From NCBI GenBank assembly GCA_045635705.1, contig JAZTWE010000021.1, forward strand, positions 1-42,079: DNA of 42,079 bases, given 5' to 3'. How positions within the stretch are numbered: position 1 is the first letter of the stretch; each line of letters begins with the position of its first letter. This stretch comes from Candidatus Enterousia sp. GTDB lineage: Bacteria; Pseudomonadota; Alphaproteobacteria; Rs-D84. A program made the position numbers and the translations under genes. Shown here piece by piece: positions 30,301 through 38,890 of this stretch. Below the pieces are notes generated by a model. It saw only the letters and a list, made by a program, of their open reading frames with translations, was not told where the DNA came from and did no database searches.

Positions 30301-31197
30301 TTACATTTTAATCATTTCATCGGCAAAAGAACCTGGTATTGGATTTTTCGCCTGTTGATATGTCGTCTTTTGAAAGAATGCACCACTGGTCACCTGGTCA
30401 AAAGTTTTTTTATCGAACGGTTTGTCATGATACCCCCACCACAATGCATGCGTTGGATCCTGGTCAACATGTGGCATTTTTGCAAAATACTTCTTGGCGC
30501 GTTCATCATTTTCCACCAATGTCTTGAACAGTAACTGGTGCATAAAATAATCAAACGACCCATTTTCATGAATCCAGTAATCCAAAATCATCGCACGCCA
30601 TGCATCCAACAGATACGCCCCCTTGCGCGAACGAATAAAACAATTTTGCATATAACTATACGGACTGCCAACTGTCTGACCCGCCATATAGACAAAGAAA
30701 TCCTGTTCCGCAATCCAGTCTGGAATTGGCGCGGTTGCGAACCCTGTTGAATCCAACCAATACCCACCATGATTATACAGCAATTCCACACGACAAATGT
30801 CAGCAAAGTGCGCATGCCCAATCTTGCCTGCGCGTCGTTTTTCCATAATTATTTCTGGCAATTGAATATAGTCAAACACTGTTTTTTCATCCAGCACAAC
30901 CAGTTCCTGACTGCAATGTTTTCTGATATTACGAAAGCACGCTTTTACCAATGGTGGCGCATTATCTTCACCCTGCAACCACAGTGTAAAAATCTTGTCA
31001 TTTTTATCATTATTTACAACCTTGCGTTCTTTGATTGCCGCCGCCGCAGGCAAATACCGCTTAAAATACCGTGGTATTACCTGGCTGATAACATCACTGC
31101 GCACGGCGCGTCTATGCGCACGGTCGCGCCAAAACCAGTTCAAAATATGTCCACGAATTGCAATATCTGTCATTGCCCACATACGCGAAAAATTCAT
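30301..31197 (-). CDS. Capsular polysaccharide synthesis protein (Caps_synth/GT32-like)
   Basis: IFTLWLQGEDNAP, HFADICRVELLYNHGGYWLDST, DYFMH. Confidence 0.85.
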   Translation of the reverse strand: MNFSRMWAMTDIAIRGHILNWFWRDRAHRRAVRSDVISQVIPRYFKRYLPAAAAIKERKVVNNDKNDKIFTLWLQGEDNAPPLVKACFRNIRKHCSQELVVLDEKTVFDYIQLPEIIMEKRRAGKIGHAHFADICRVELLYNHGGYWLDSTGFATAPIPDWIAEQDFFVYMAGQTVGSPYSYMQNCFIRSRKGAYLLDAWRAMILDYWIHENGSFDYFMHQLLFKTLVENDERAKKYFAKMPHVDQDPTHALWWGYHDKPFDKKTFDQVTSGAFFQKTTYQQAKNPIPGSFADEMIKM

Positions 31198-31233
31198 AAT
31201 AAATCCTTTTTATATTTCCACTATCCGACAAAC

Positions 31234-31266
31234 AATCCCCAGCCACGCAACCGCCAACTGGGGATT
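31234..31266 (-). terminator. Hairpin closing the recA/micro-ORF unit (weak U tract)
   Basis: Minus strand aatccccagt...gctggggatt followed by gtttgt. Confidence 0.6.
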
Positions 31267-31272
31267 AAATCA

Positions 31273-31329
31273 CTACCACTCGTCTGATTCTTTTTTTATT
31301 TTTCGATAAATATATTCTGTTTCACGCAT
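31273..31329 (-). CDS. Micro-ORF 4, MRETEYIYRKIKKESDEW (18 aa)
   Basis: AAAAGGAG + 7 nt + ATG; ends with the tandem stops TAG TGA. Confidence 0.5.
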   Translation of the reverse strand: MRETEYIYRKIKKESDEW

Positions 31330-31346
31330 CAGATTACTCCTTTTGC

Positions 31347-31370
31347 TCAACCTTCGTTATCATTTTTCAT
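31347..31370 (-). CDS. Micro-ORF 3, MKNDNEG (7 aa)
   Basis: AAAAGGT + 7 nt + ATG AAA AAT GAT AAC GAA GGT TGA. Confidence 0.45.
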   Translation of the reverse strand: MKNDNEG

Positions 31371-31386
31371 TGATTTAACCTTTTGC

Positions 31387-31410
31387 TCAGCCATCCATAT
31401 CGTTTTTCAT
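31387..31410 (-). CDS. Micro-ORF 2, MKNDMDG (7 aa)
   Basis: TAAGGAG + 6 nt + ATG AAA AAC GAT ATG GAT GGC TGA. Confidence 0.5.
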   Translation of the reverse strand: MKNDMDG

Positions 31411-31426
31411 GGGCCACTCCTTATTA

Positions 31427-31462
31427 CTAGCCAATAAAATCATCTGAATAAATATTTTTCAT
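31427..31462 (-). CDS. Micro-ORF 1, MKNIYSDDFIG (11 aa)
   Basis: AAAGGAG + 6 nt + ATG, 17 nt after the recA stop; ends TAG TAA TAA. Confidence 0.5.
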   Translation of the reverse strand: MKNIYSDDFIG

Positions 31463-31479
31463 TGTGCTCTCCTTTGGGT

Positions 31480-32559
31480 TTATTCTTCTAAACTCTTCAT
31501 ATCATCCTCATCATCGATTGGGCCGGTTGTCATTTCTTCGGCAATTCCCGATGCGCGCGCCATAATTTTATCCAGCAACGCCTGTTGCGCTTCTGGATGG
31601 TCTTTTAACCACTGACGCGCATTGGCTTCACCCTGGCCCATGCGTTCACTGTTATACGAATAGAAACTGCCCGCCTTTTCAATCAAATCGTACTTCACAC
31701 CCATATCCAAAATTTCACTGATGCGTGAAATACCTTCGCCATACATAATTTTGAAATCAACTGTACGGAACGGTGGGGCAACCTTGTTCTTTACAACCTT
31801 GACCCGGGTTTCATTACCAACAATATTTTCTTTATCTTTAATTTGGCCTGTACGACGAATATCCAGGCGCACCGACGCATAGAATTTCAGCGCATTACCA
31901 CCCGATGTCGTTTCCGGATTACCAAACATAACCCCAATCTTCATACGAATTTGGTTAATAAAGATAAGCAATGTATTACTGCGCGATACTGACCCTGCCA
32001 ATTTCTTTAATGATTGCGACATCAAACGTGCGGTTGTACCAACGAATGAATCACCGATATTACCTTCCAGTTCTGCCTTAGGTACTAATGCCGCGACACT
32101 GTCGATAACAACAACATCAACCGCACCCGATTTGATTAAGGTGTCGGCAATTTCCAATGCCTGTTCCCCAGAATCCGGCTGTGAAATAATCAGATTTGCA
32201 ACATCCACACCCAACTTTTTCGCATAACTTGGGTCCAGCGCATTTTCCGCATCGATATAGGCACATGTGCCACCCTTTTTCTGTGATTCTGCAACCGCGT
32301 GCAACGCCAGCGTTGTTTTACCCGAACTTTCCGGACCATAGATTTCAACGATGCGTCCCTTTGGATAACCACCGATACCCAGTGCAATATCCAGCCCCAA
32401 TGAACCTGATGAAATCGCTTCGATATTTTGCTGGGAACCGTCACCCATTTTCATAATTGCTTCTTTACCGAATTGTTTTTGAATTTGTGCCAGCGCAGAT
32501 TCCAATGCCGGATTTTTTGCCGGTGCGTTTGTATCTTTGGCTGCTTCTTTCTTTGCCAT
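31480..32559 (-). CDS. recA: Recombinase RecA
   Basis: [57 protein letters not shown]. Confidence 0.99.
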   Translation of the reverse strand: MAKKEAAKDTNAPAKNPALESALAQIQKQFGKEAIMKMGDGSQQNIEAISSGSLGLDIALGIGGYPKGRIVEIYGPESSGKTTLALHAVAESQKKGGTCAYIDAENALDPSYAKKLGVDVANLIISQPDSGEQALEIADTLIKSGAVDVVVIDSVAALVPKAELEGNIGDSFVGTTARLMSQSLKKLAGSVSRSNTLLIFINQIRMKIGVMFGNPETTSGGNALKFYASVRLDIRRTGQIKDKENIVGNETRVKVVKNKVAPPFRTVDFKIMYGEGISRISEILDMGVKYDLIEKAGSFYSYNSERMGQGEANARQWLKDHPEAQQALLDKIMARASGIAEEMTTGPIDDEDDMKSLEE

Positions 32560-32585
32560 AATTTTCCCCTTTATTTCTTACCAAA

Positions 32586-32614
32586 ATCATACAAACAAAA
32601 ACCCTAGAAATCAA
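32586..32614 (-). promoter_or_regulatory. Sigma70-type promoter of recA
   Basis: Minus strand TTGATT-17 nt-TATGAT; no GTTC-N7-GTTC alphaproteobacterial LexA box seen. Confidence 0.55.
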
Positions 32615-32617
32615 GTC

Positions 32618-33805
32618 TTAGTGTTTTTTTACACCCAAAATCAGAACTGCCATAAATCCAACGACTGCGGTAATTCCCCACACTGCGGTTGTTGTACCAA
32701 ATATTGTAATTACCGCCGCCGCCAATATAGGCATCAACACACTTGGTAAATTCGCACTTGTTCTGAACACACCATAAAATCGTGTCTGCTGCGCCCTGTT
32801 AGCGTTATCAAAGAACAACAAATCATGAACAGATTCCATCAATGCCCCTGACACCTGCCACAAGACAAACAACGCCAACAAACCATACCCACCAACAAAG
32901 GTTGCCAACACTGAAAACATTGCAAACGATGCAAACCCCAGGCGCAACCACACACTTTTTCCCATATATCGCACTGCACCCGCCATAAATTCACTTAAAA
33001 CCAAATATGGAATAATCCCCAATGTCAATACCCACCCCAAAACATCCTTGGTAAATCCGGCCTCTATAACCATAATTGGAACATACAGCACACGCAACGA
33101 CCGCAAAGAATAATAAGCAAAATTTATCAGATACGCGCGCCACATCCCTGGGGCATTGAAAAAAGCACGGGTGTTTTTCCACAACGCCCGAAATGTTCGT
33201 CGTGGATTTATCGCCTTGGCTCGCTTGGTTTCCTGCACAACCCGATAGTACTTAAACACCGCCCATCCAATCAGATAAATAAATGCCGAACCAAAAAACG
33301 CCGCCCTGTTATCAAAACGACTTGCAATTGCAACCGCAACCATTGGCGCAAACAACGCCCCAACATTTGCCCACAGATGATATCGCGAATTTAATCGCGC
33401 CATACCAATCCCGCGCGAAAAGTCAGACATAAACAACGGTATCAACACCGCCACCAATGTTATTGCAATTCCTGTGGTATAATCCAATATAATAAATGTT
33501 CGCGGCAGTATTGAAAACCCCATCATTGCATAGCACACCGCCAGCACCAACATCGACGCATAAAAAACCCGTGTCTTGGAAAAGTTGCGAAACAATTCAT
33601 TTGCGAACAACCCAACCAACATACAGAACGCGGCATAAATCGCAACATACACACCAACAATCGCAGACGACCGAAATATTTCCAAAATCACCAATGAATA
33701 TACTGCATTATAAATACCGTCGGCAAACCCTGTGAACAACCCCAGGTTTGCAAACGAAAACCCATTTACGCGTTTATTAACAGAAATATATCTATCCCCC
33801 GCCAT
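32618..33805 (-). CDS. MFS-type transporter
   Basis: About 12 hydrophobic segments in two halves; start MAGDRY, 8 nt after TG-A-TATAAT. Confidence 0.75.
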   Translation of the reverse strand: MAGDRYISVNKRVNGFSFANLGLFTGFADGIYNAVYSLVILEIFRSSAIVGVYVAIYAAFCMLVGLFANELFRNFSKTRVFYASMLVLAVCYAMMGFSILPRTFIILDYTTGIAITLVAVLIPLFMSDFSRGIGMARLNSRYHLWANVGALFAPMVAVAIASRFDNRAAFFGSAFIYLIGWAVFKYYRVVQETKRAKAINPRRTFRALWKNTRAFFNAPGMWRAYLINFAYYSLRSLRVLYVPIMVIEAGFTKDVLGWVLTLGIIPYLVLSEFMAGAVRYMGKSVWLRLGFASFAMFSVLATFVGGYGLLALFVLWQVSGALMESVHDLLFFDNANRAQQTRFYGVFRTSANLPSVLMPILAAAVITIFGTTTAVWGITAVVGFMAVLILGVKKH

Positions 33806-33854
33806 AGTAATCAATTATATCACAAAAAAATATTACTTTCCACGAATTGTACTT

Positions 33855-36800
33855 TCATGTCTCATAAAAAATCCCGCCATTGGCGGGATTATTGTTAATC
33901 ACACTATACGCTTTTATCGACAGTCCAGGCAACATCAACCCATCGCTATTCGGACTGCTGTAATACTTAATCAGACTGGCCGGCAATTGTTTATTCAACA
34001 AATCACGAATTGCGCCAATTTCCTGTGGTAATTTAGAATAATCACCCGATGTCAGTTCAACAAATTCATCTTTGCTGATATCTATGCTCTTAAACGCACG
34101 CCATCCATCTGTATCACCCATCATAAATGGAATTGTCATACCATTCCATTTTACCACAACAACTGCACGGCCCGCCACCAGTGCAACTGGGGAATTATTT
34201 CCATAAACTGTTTCCAGCGACACCAACGACACTGCATTACCCGCAATCGCGCCCAGCGTTCCCGCCGCCACAGCCATCAGATTATTATAATTCATCGCCG
34301 CCTGTTGATTGTTTGTCGCCGACTTATCATCATCTTTGTCCATCGCATTACCAATCAACAACGCACCACCGACAACCGCACCTGCACCAGCAACACCAAT
34401 CGCCGCCGCCGCCAGTCCTGACAACCCTTTCTTTTTTTCTGGCACTGGCAATGCCGTATTGCTTTTACCATATTCTATATTCGTCGTCACAGGAACAGGC
34501 GCAGCACCCTGATTTTTGTCACCACTGGTATCCTCTCGTTTACCCGCGCCATCGTCACCCGGCGGCGTTCCAGCATTATTATCATCATTACCACCACCCG
34601 GCCCTGGGACAACCCCACCACCTGGCGTTGAACCAGGTGTTGCGCCGGTCGTCTGTGCCTGCAACGGAACATCCGCAAGATTTTTAGCACCTGCGCCACC
34701 ACCCATAACTAATCCACCCGCACCTGCGCCCAACCAATTCGGATTCCAAACAGTTGATGTAACTGTTCTCGTGACATTTCTAACAATATTATTTTGTCTA
34801 ATATAATCTTCTATATTACCAATAAACTTTGAACCACTGCTTCTGCCCAGGCCTGTACCTCTATTCGTATACCAGCGTCCACCACCGCGCAAATTAGCAC
34901 TTGGATTCCAACCAATTTCACCCGCCGGCAATTTATCAGCATACTGTTGTGTACTTTGGTTGTACCAACGATTTCCTTGTCGTATCCAACCATTAGTTTT
35001 CAAATCATCCACAACCTGTGCAACATCGTCAATTCTTTCTGTCACAGTTTGGGTACTGCGTACAAACTGTGTCAAACTTGCAACAATTGCAACCAGTCCT
35101 GCAACAAACGCAACCGTATCCGCAGAATTCTTAAATGTCTGCCAACCATTCTTTCCATTTTTTGGGTTCAATGAACATGTTGACAATGTTTTATCTATCG
35201 AACCAACCTCCACACATTCGACCTGATCGCCATTATCATCACACTGACCAACATCCTGAACTGTACAATTATCTACAATTTCTGCAAAGTACGAATCCGG
35301 TGCATTCTGTAATACGCGTGCAATCATTTCATCCAAGCCCGCACGACTTTCAACATCCAAAGAATCCATACCTATCATTTTTTCCAGGTTTTCACGCAAG
35401 AACTTTTCTATTTCTTCTGGCGTACCGGATGCCACAAGCCTGTTCATTTCCAACATATACTTATCTTGATCGTATTCCATTTTAATGTCAGCACCTTCGG
35501 CCAACAAAGTCGCAGTTGCCCCAACTGTTGTTGCCCAAAACACAACAGAACTTCCACCTGATGGCACCGCCAAAACAATCGCAACAGTCGCCCCAGCAAC
35601 AGTTGCCGTAACGCGGGTTGCAGTATTCATACCCTTTGCAAACGCGGCTGCAGGCAATTCACATATTTTTTTATCACTGTTCCATTTTGCCTGTTTACAC
35701 TGTGGACAGTTTGTTATATTAAGCGCGGCAACATCTGAACACTGCTGTTCCGTCAACATACCACAAACTTCACCATCATAAACCCCACCCATTAACTTGC
35801 AATCAATTGCCTGATACCCCGCATTTGATTCATACTTAAAAAGTTCTGATAAATCATCAAACACAAAGTCATGCGCCACACCGTCAATATAGCATGTCAT
35901 AATATCATCACGACTATCGTGACAACCACTGCCCGCATAACGCTTTGGCGTACCATCACACGAAAAACTGTTAACTTTTTTACCCAGTGTTCTTTCAACA
36001 TAAGCCAACACTTGCCTATCCAGCGTATTATTTGCATTTACCTGCTCACCGCTACAGAACGCAAAATTATCCAAACCACTGACTTTATTCAGTTCATTTG
36101 GTCTATAAACAGCCCCAACATCAATTGCACATATTGTTGCCCCACCACTTGGTTGCAAACTAGAACTAAAACCAAAGAACTTTAAAGATTCATTAACCTG
36201 GCTACACTTTGTCGCATCAGCTGTTTTGCAATAATCCGGCCAAGAAAACACATACCCACCACCGGCCGAATGCCCTGATTTTTGAAAATCCAACCCATGA
36301 ATATTTTTACATACCGCCTCTAACAAGTTATTACGAACCTTGCTATCACCCGTTGATGTCACACTATCAAATTTAAATTCATAGAACGCTTTTTTATCAC
36401 CCGACACGCATTGCAAATAATCATCAGATGCAACCAGCATCTTTCGCTGATTTCGTTGAACATCAGAACAAACTATATTTTTATCTTTTGACACATTATA
36501 AACAAACGCCTGGGCCAGTTTTTCGGCTTCACGCTTGCCAACCGATACATTCTTGAAAGTATCTTTATAGCAATATGTTTGAACATCATTGCCATATTTT
36601 TGTTTCAGTTTATTAACCTCGTCCGTATCACACACGGCCCATCCCTGGACACTGGCGCGCGACAACAGGTCCGATACAAACGCCTGGCATTTTGATTTAC
36701 CTGCACTTTGTCGAATATTCCAACCGGCCTTTTCGCAAATCAGCCACATATCCGACCCAATCAGTCCACCACCATTTTGTTCAGCCAGCGCAACCCACGC

Positions 36801-36938
36801 CGTCAAAACATTTGTGCGATGCGCCGCATCAACACGCGATTCAACCACGTTGCGCACTGCGCCTTCGTTAATTTTAATCAGTGCAAAACTGGGGCTAAAC
36901 AAAAACAAAGATAAAATTGCAATCAGGAATTTTTTCAT
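33855..36938 (-). CDS. Large (about 1027 aa) secreted or membrane Cys-rich hypothetical protein
   Basis: Signal peptide MKKFLIAILSLFLFSPSFA; many Cys; internal hydrophobic hairpin; Gly/Pro linker; C-proximal TM helix; ATGA overlap with the upstream gene. Confidence 0.85.
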   Translation of the reverse strand: MKKFLIAILSLFLFSPSFALIKINEGAVRNVVESRVDAAHRTNVLTAWVALAEQNGGGLIGSDMWLICEKAGWNIRQSAGKSKCQAFVSDLLSRASVQGWAVCDTDEVNKLKQKYGNDVQTYCYKDTFKNVSVGKREAEKLAQAFVYNVSKDKNIVCSDVQRNQRKMLVASDDYLQCVSGDKKAFYEFKFDSVTSTGDSKVRNNLLEAVCKNIHGLDFQKSGHSAGGGYVFSWPDYCKTADATKCSQVNESLKFFGFSSSLQPSGGATICAIDVGAVYRPNELNKVSGLDNFAFCSGEQVNANNTLDRQVLAYVERTLGKKVNSFSCDGTPKRYAGSGCHDSRDDIMTCYIDGVAHDFVFDDLSELFKYESNAGYQAIDCKLMGGVYDGEVCGMLTEQQCSDVAALNITNCPQCKQAKWNSDKKICELPAAAFAKGMNTATRVTATVAGATVAIVLAVPSGGSSVVFWATTVGATATLLAEGADIKMEYDQDKYMLEMNRLVASGTPEEIEKFLRENLEKMIGMDSLDVESRAGLDEMIARVLQNAPDSYFAEIVDNCTVQDVGQCDDNGDQVECVEVGSIDKTLSTCSLNPKNGKNGWQTFKNSADTVAFVAGLVAIVASLTQFVRSTQTVTERIDDVAQVVDDLKTNGWIRQGNRWYNQSTQQYADKLPAGEIGWNPSANLRGGGRWYTNRGTGLGRSSGSKFIGNIEDYIRQNNIVRNVTRTVTSTVWNPNWLGAGAGGLVMGGGAGAKNLADVPLQAQTTGATPGSTPGGGVVPGPGGGNDDNNAGTPPGDDGAGKREDTSGDKNQGAAPVPVTTNIEYGKSNTALPVPEKKKGLSGLAAAAIGVAGAGAVVGGALLIGNAMDKDDDKSATNNQQAAMNYNNLMAVAAGTLGAIAGNAVSLVSLETVYGNNSPVALVAGRAVVVVKWNGMTIPFMMGDTDGWRAFKSIDISKDEFVELTSGDYSKLPQEIGAIRDLLNKQLPASLIKYYSSPNSDGLMLPGLSIKAYSVINNNPANGGIFYET
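33866..33890 (-). terminator. Intrinsic terminator-like hairpin inside the last codons of the large ORF
   Basis: aatcccgcc-aat-ggcgggatt followed by tttt on the minus strand, upstream of the in-frame TGA at 33855-33857. Confidence 0.7.
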
Positions 36939-37870
36939 TTTGCCAACTCCTTCTCGCAATTATCTGCAACGGTTGCCGCTTTCTTAATCGCACTAATTTG
37001 TGTCGCATTAAATATTGTGGCCGTCGCCGATGCCGCCGTGGTTCCAATCGACAGAACATTCGCCGCCGTATTCAGGTTCTTTTCCTTTTTCTTGCCCGCA
37101 TCAGTATTATCATCACGGGTCGCATCTGTATTTGCCATTGCACTGGTCACAGTACCGGCCGCCCCCGTCGCAGCACCAACCATTGCCGACACCTGGGCAC
37201 CCTTGGCCCGTTTATCAATCTTGGACAAATCAACAAATTCCCATTCGCCACATGCATCAACAATACGCTGTGCCTGGGACACATCTGTGCCTTCTATGCG
37301 CGCCTGGCCGATTGCATTACGCAATACATTTATTGAATTCTTACACGCATTTATACGCGCATCCAAATCCATATCGATTTTGTTTCCGCCAGCAATAACG
37401 GCACCCGCAACATTGGTCACCGTACTGCCCGCCAGCAACCCCGTACGCCAATTTCCCAATGCCTTAGACTGCTTTTCCAGTTTATCTAGTTCTGTCTTTT
37501 TTGTTTCCAAACTTGAAATCGCATCGTTATACGAAGTATTAAATTCCGCCTGAAACTGTTCCAAATCATCTTCCGTGGGTTCAGTAGTTTTTTCTTGAAT
37601 TTGGCGCAGTTTTTCTAATAATTCTTCCAGTTCTTCGGCTTGTTTATCTTTATCAGTCTTTACAAAACCGGTCACCGTTGCACCGACACCCGCCGCGGTA
37701 CCCACCCCGGTAATTGCAGTATTTATGCCGGCCATTTTCTTTAATTCCGACATACTGTCGCCAATACCACTGCATGCCGAAATCGCGCCAGACATCGCAC
37801 CATAAAAATCAGACGATGCCATTGCACCCCCTGATATCAGCAACGATAAAATAATCAGAATCCCCCGCAT
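36935..37870 (-). CDS. Secreted helical protein with Gly/Ala-zipper segments and a coiled coil
   Basis: Signal peptide; GVGTAAGVGA and GAATGAAG segments; E/K-rich coiled coil; two-fold internal repeat. Confidence 0.85.
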   Translation of the reverse strand: MRGILIILSLLISGGAMASSDFYGAMSGAISACSGIGDSMSELKKMAGINTAITGVGTAAGVGATVTGFVKTDKDKQAEELEELLEKLRQIQEKTTEPTEDDLEQFQAEFNTSYNDAISSLETKKTELDKLEKQSKALGNWRTGLLAGSTVTNVAGAVIAGGNKIDMDLDARINACKNSINVLRNAIGQARIEGTDVSQAQRIVDACGEWEFVDLSKIDKRAKGAQVSAMVGAATGAAGTVTSAMANTDATRDDNTDAGKKKEKNLNTAANVLSIGTTAASATATIFNATQISAIKKAATVADNCEKELAK

Positions 37871-38090
37871 ATCAGCCCTTATTATATCATAAATTTGACA
37901 TCAAAAACAGCACTAAATCCTGACACCAAACCGACGATTGGATTCGGCATAAAACGGGGGAATAAAAAATGCAGATTTCAGGGATTTTTTCAAAAAAAAT
38001 AATGCCGCGGAAAATCGTCCCATTTTTTTCGGCATTGTTTTTTGTTCTCTATACCTTTAATTTTAACACATTGCGCATATTTTTACAATA

Positions 38091-38564
38091 CTAAATTCTG
38101 AACATATTACTATGCGCCAATGCGATGGCAATTGCATCGGCTTCGTCCGCTGTTTTTGGCCGCGCCATCGGCAATAACAATTGCACCATTTTATCCACCG
38201 CCGCTTTGTCTGCATGCCCTGCGCCAGTCAATGCCTTTTTAATAACATTTGGTTCATATTCAAATATTGGAATATCGTGGTTCGCAACCGCAACAATTGC
38301 AGCACTGCGCGCCTGGCCCAAAATCAGTGTTGTTTTCGGATTCTTATTAACAAATATAATTTCAATACTGCATTCATCCGGGCAATAAACATCACACAAT
38401 TCAGACACCCCACGAAATATCGTCACCAAACGCTGTGACATCGGCAGTGTTGTTTTTGGCAAAATCACACCACTGGCGATATATTTGCGCGACTGCCCAA
38501 CGGTATCAATGACCGCCCAACCTGTATGCAAAAGCCCCGGGTCAATACCCAAAATTCGTGTCAT
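38091..38564 (-). CDS. ruvC: Holliday junction resolvase RuvC
   Basis: RILGIDPGL, LILGQARS, IKKALTGAGHADK, DEADAIAIALAH. Confidence 0.95.
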   Translation of the reverse strand: MTRILGIDPGLLHTGWAVIDTVGQSRKYIASGVILPKTTLPMSQRLVTIFRGVSELCDVYCPDECSIEIIFVNKNPKTTLILGQARSAAIVAVANHDIPIFEYEPNVIKKALTGAGHADKAAVDKMVQLLLPMARPKTADEADAIAIALAHSNMFRI

Positions 38565-38890
38565 TTTCTAAAACTTATTTTTCCAACCGCATCATACCCA
38601 AAGTATTTGTTAATACGCCCTGTGATTTCCACCACTTGATAAGATAACTGCAATGTATACGCCGGATTTGTTGGTCGAATAACAATATTAAACCTGTTAT
38701 CGCGCATTTTTTTAACTGCACAAACATTTGCAACCATTGCGATATCTGGCCCCACAATTTCGCGCCACCGCGCAACCAAATCAGAATCAGACGCGCGCAC
38801 CCCAAACATACGCATCAGCCCCCCCATTGCACCAGCCAGTGCCTGGGGGCGTTTTGCGCGTTCAACAAACTTGCTATTGTGGTTTGACAT
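38561..38890 (-). CDS. DUF721/DciA-family protein
   Basis: LVARWREIVG, LQLSY...ITGRINKYFGYDAVGKISF. Confidence 0.8.
   Translation of the reverse strand: MSNHNSKFVERAKRPQALAGAMGGLMRMFGVRASDSDLVARWREIVGPDIAMVANVCAVKKMRDNRFNIVIRPTNPAYTLQLSYQVVEITGRINKYFGYDAVGKISFRK

Noticed and set aside
26446-31197. Glycosyltransferase cluster as a recently acquired island
   Set aside because: No mobility genes or flanking repeats, and the composition looks broadly like its neighbours; treated as an ordinary surface-polysaccharide locus.
31339-31462. CRISPR-like array downstream of recA
   Set aside because: Only two or three degenerate units, no constant repeat with unique 30-40 nt spacers, and no cas genes; the units are SD-ATG-stop modules.
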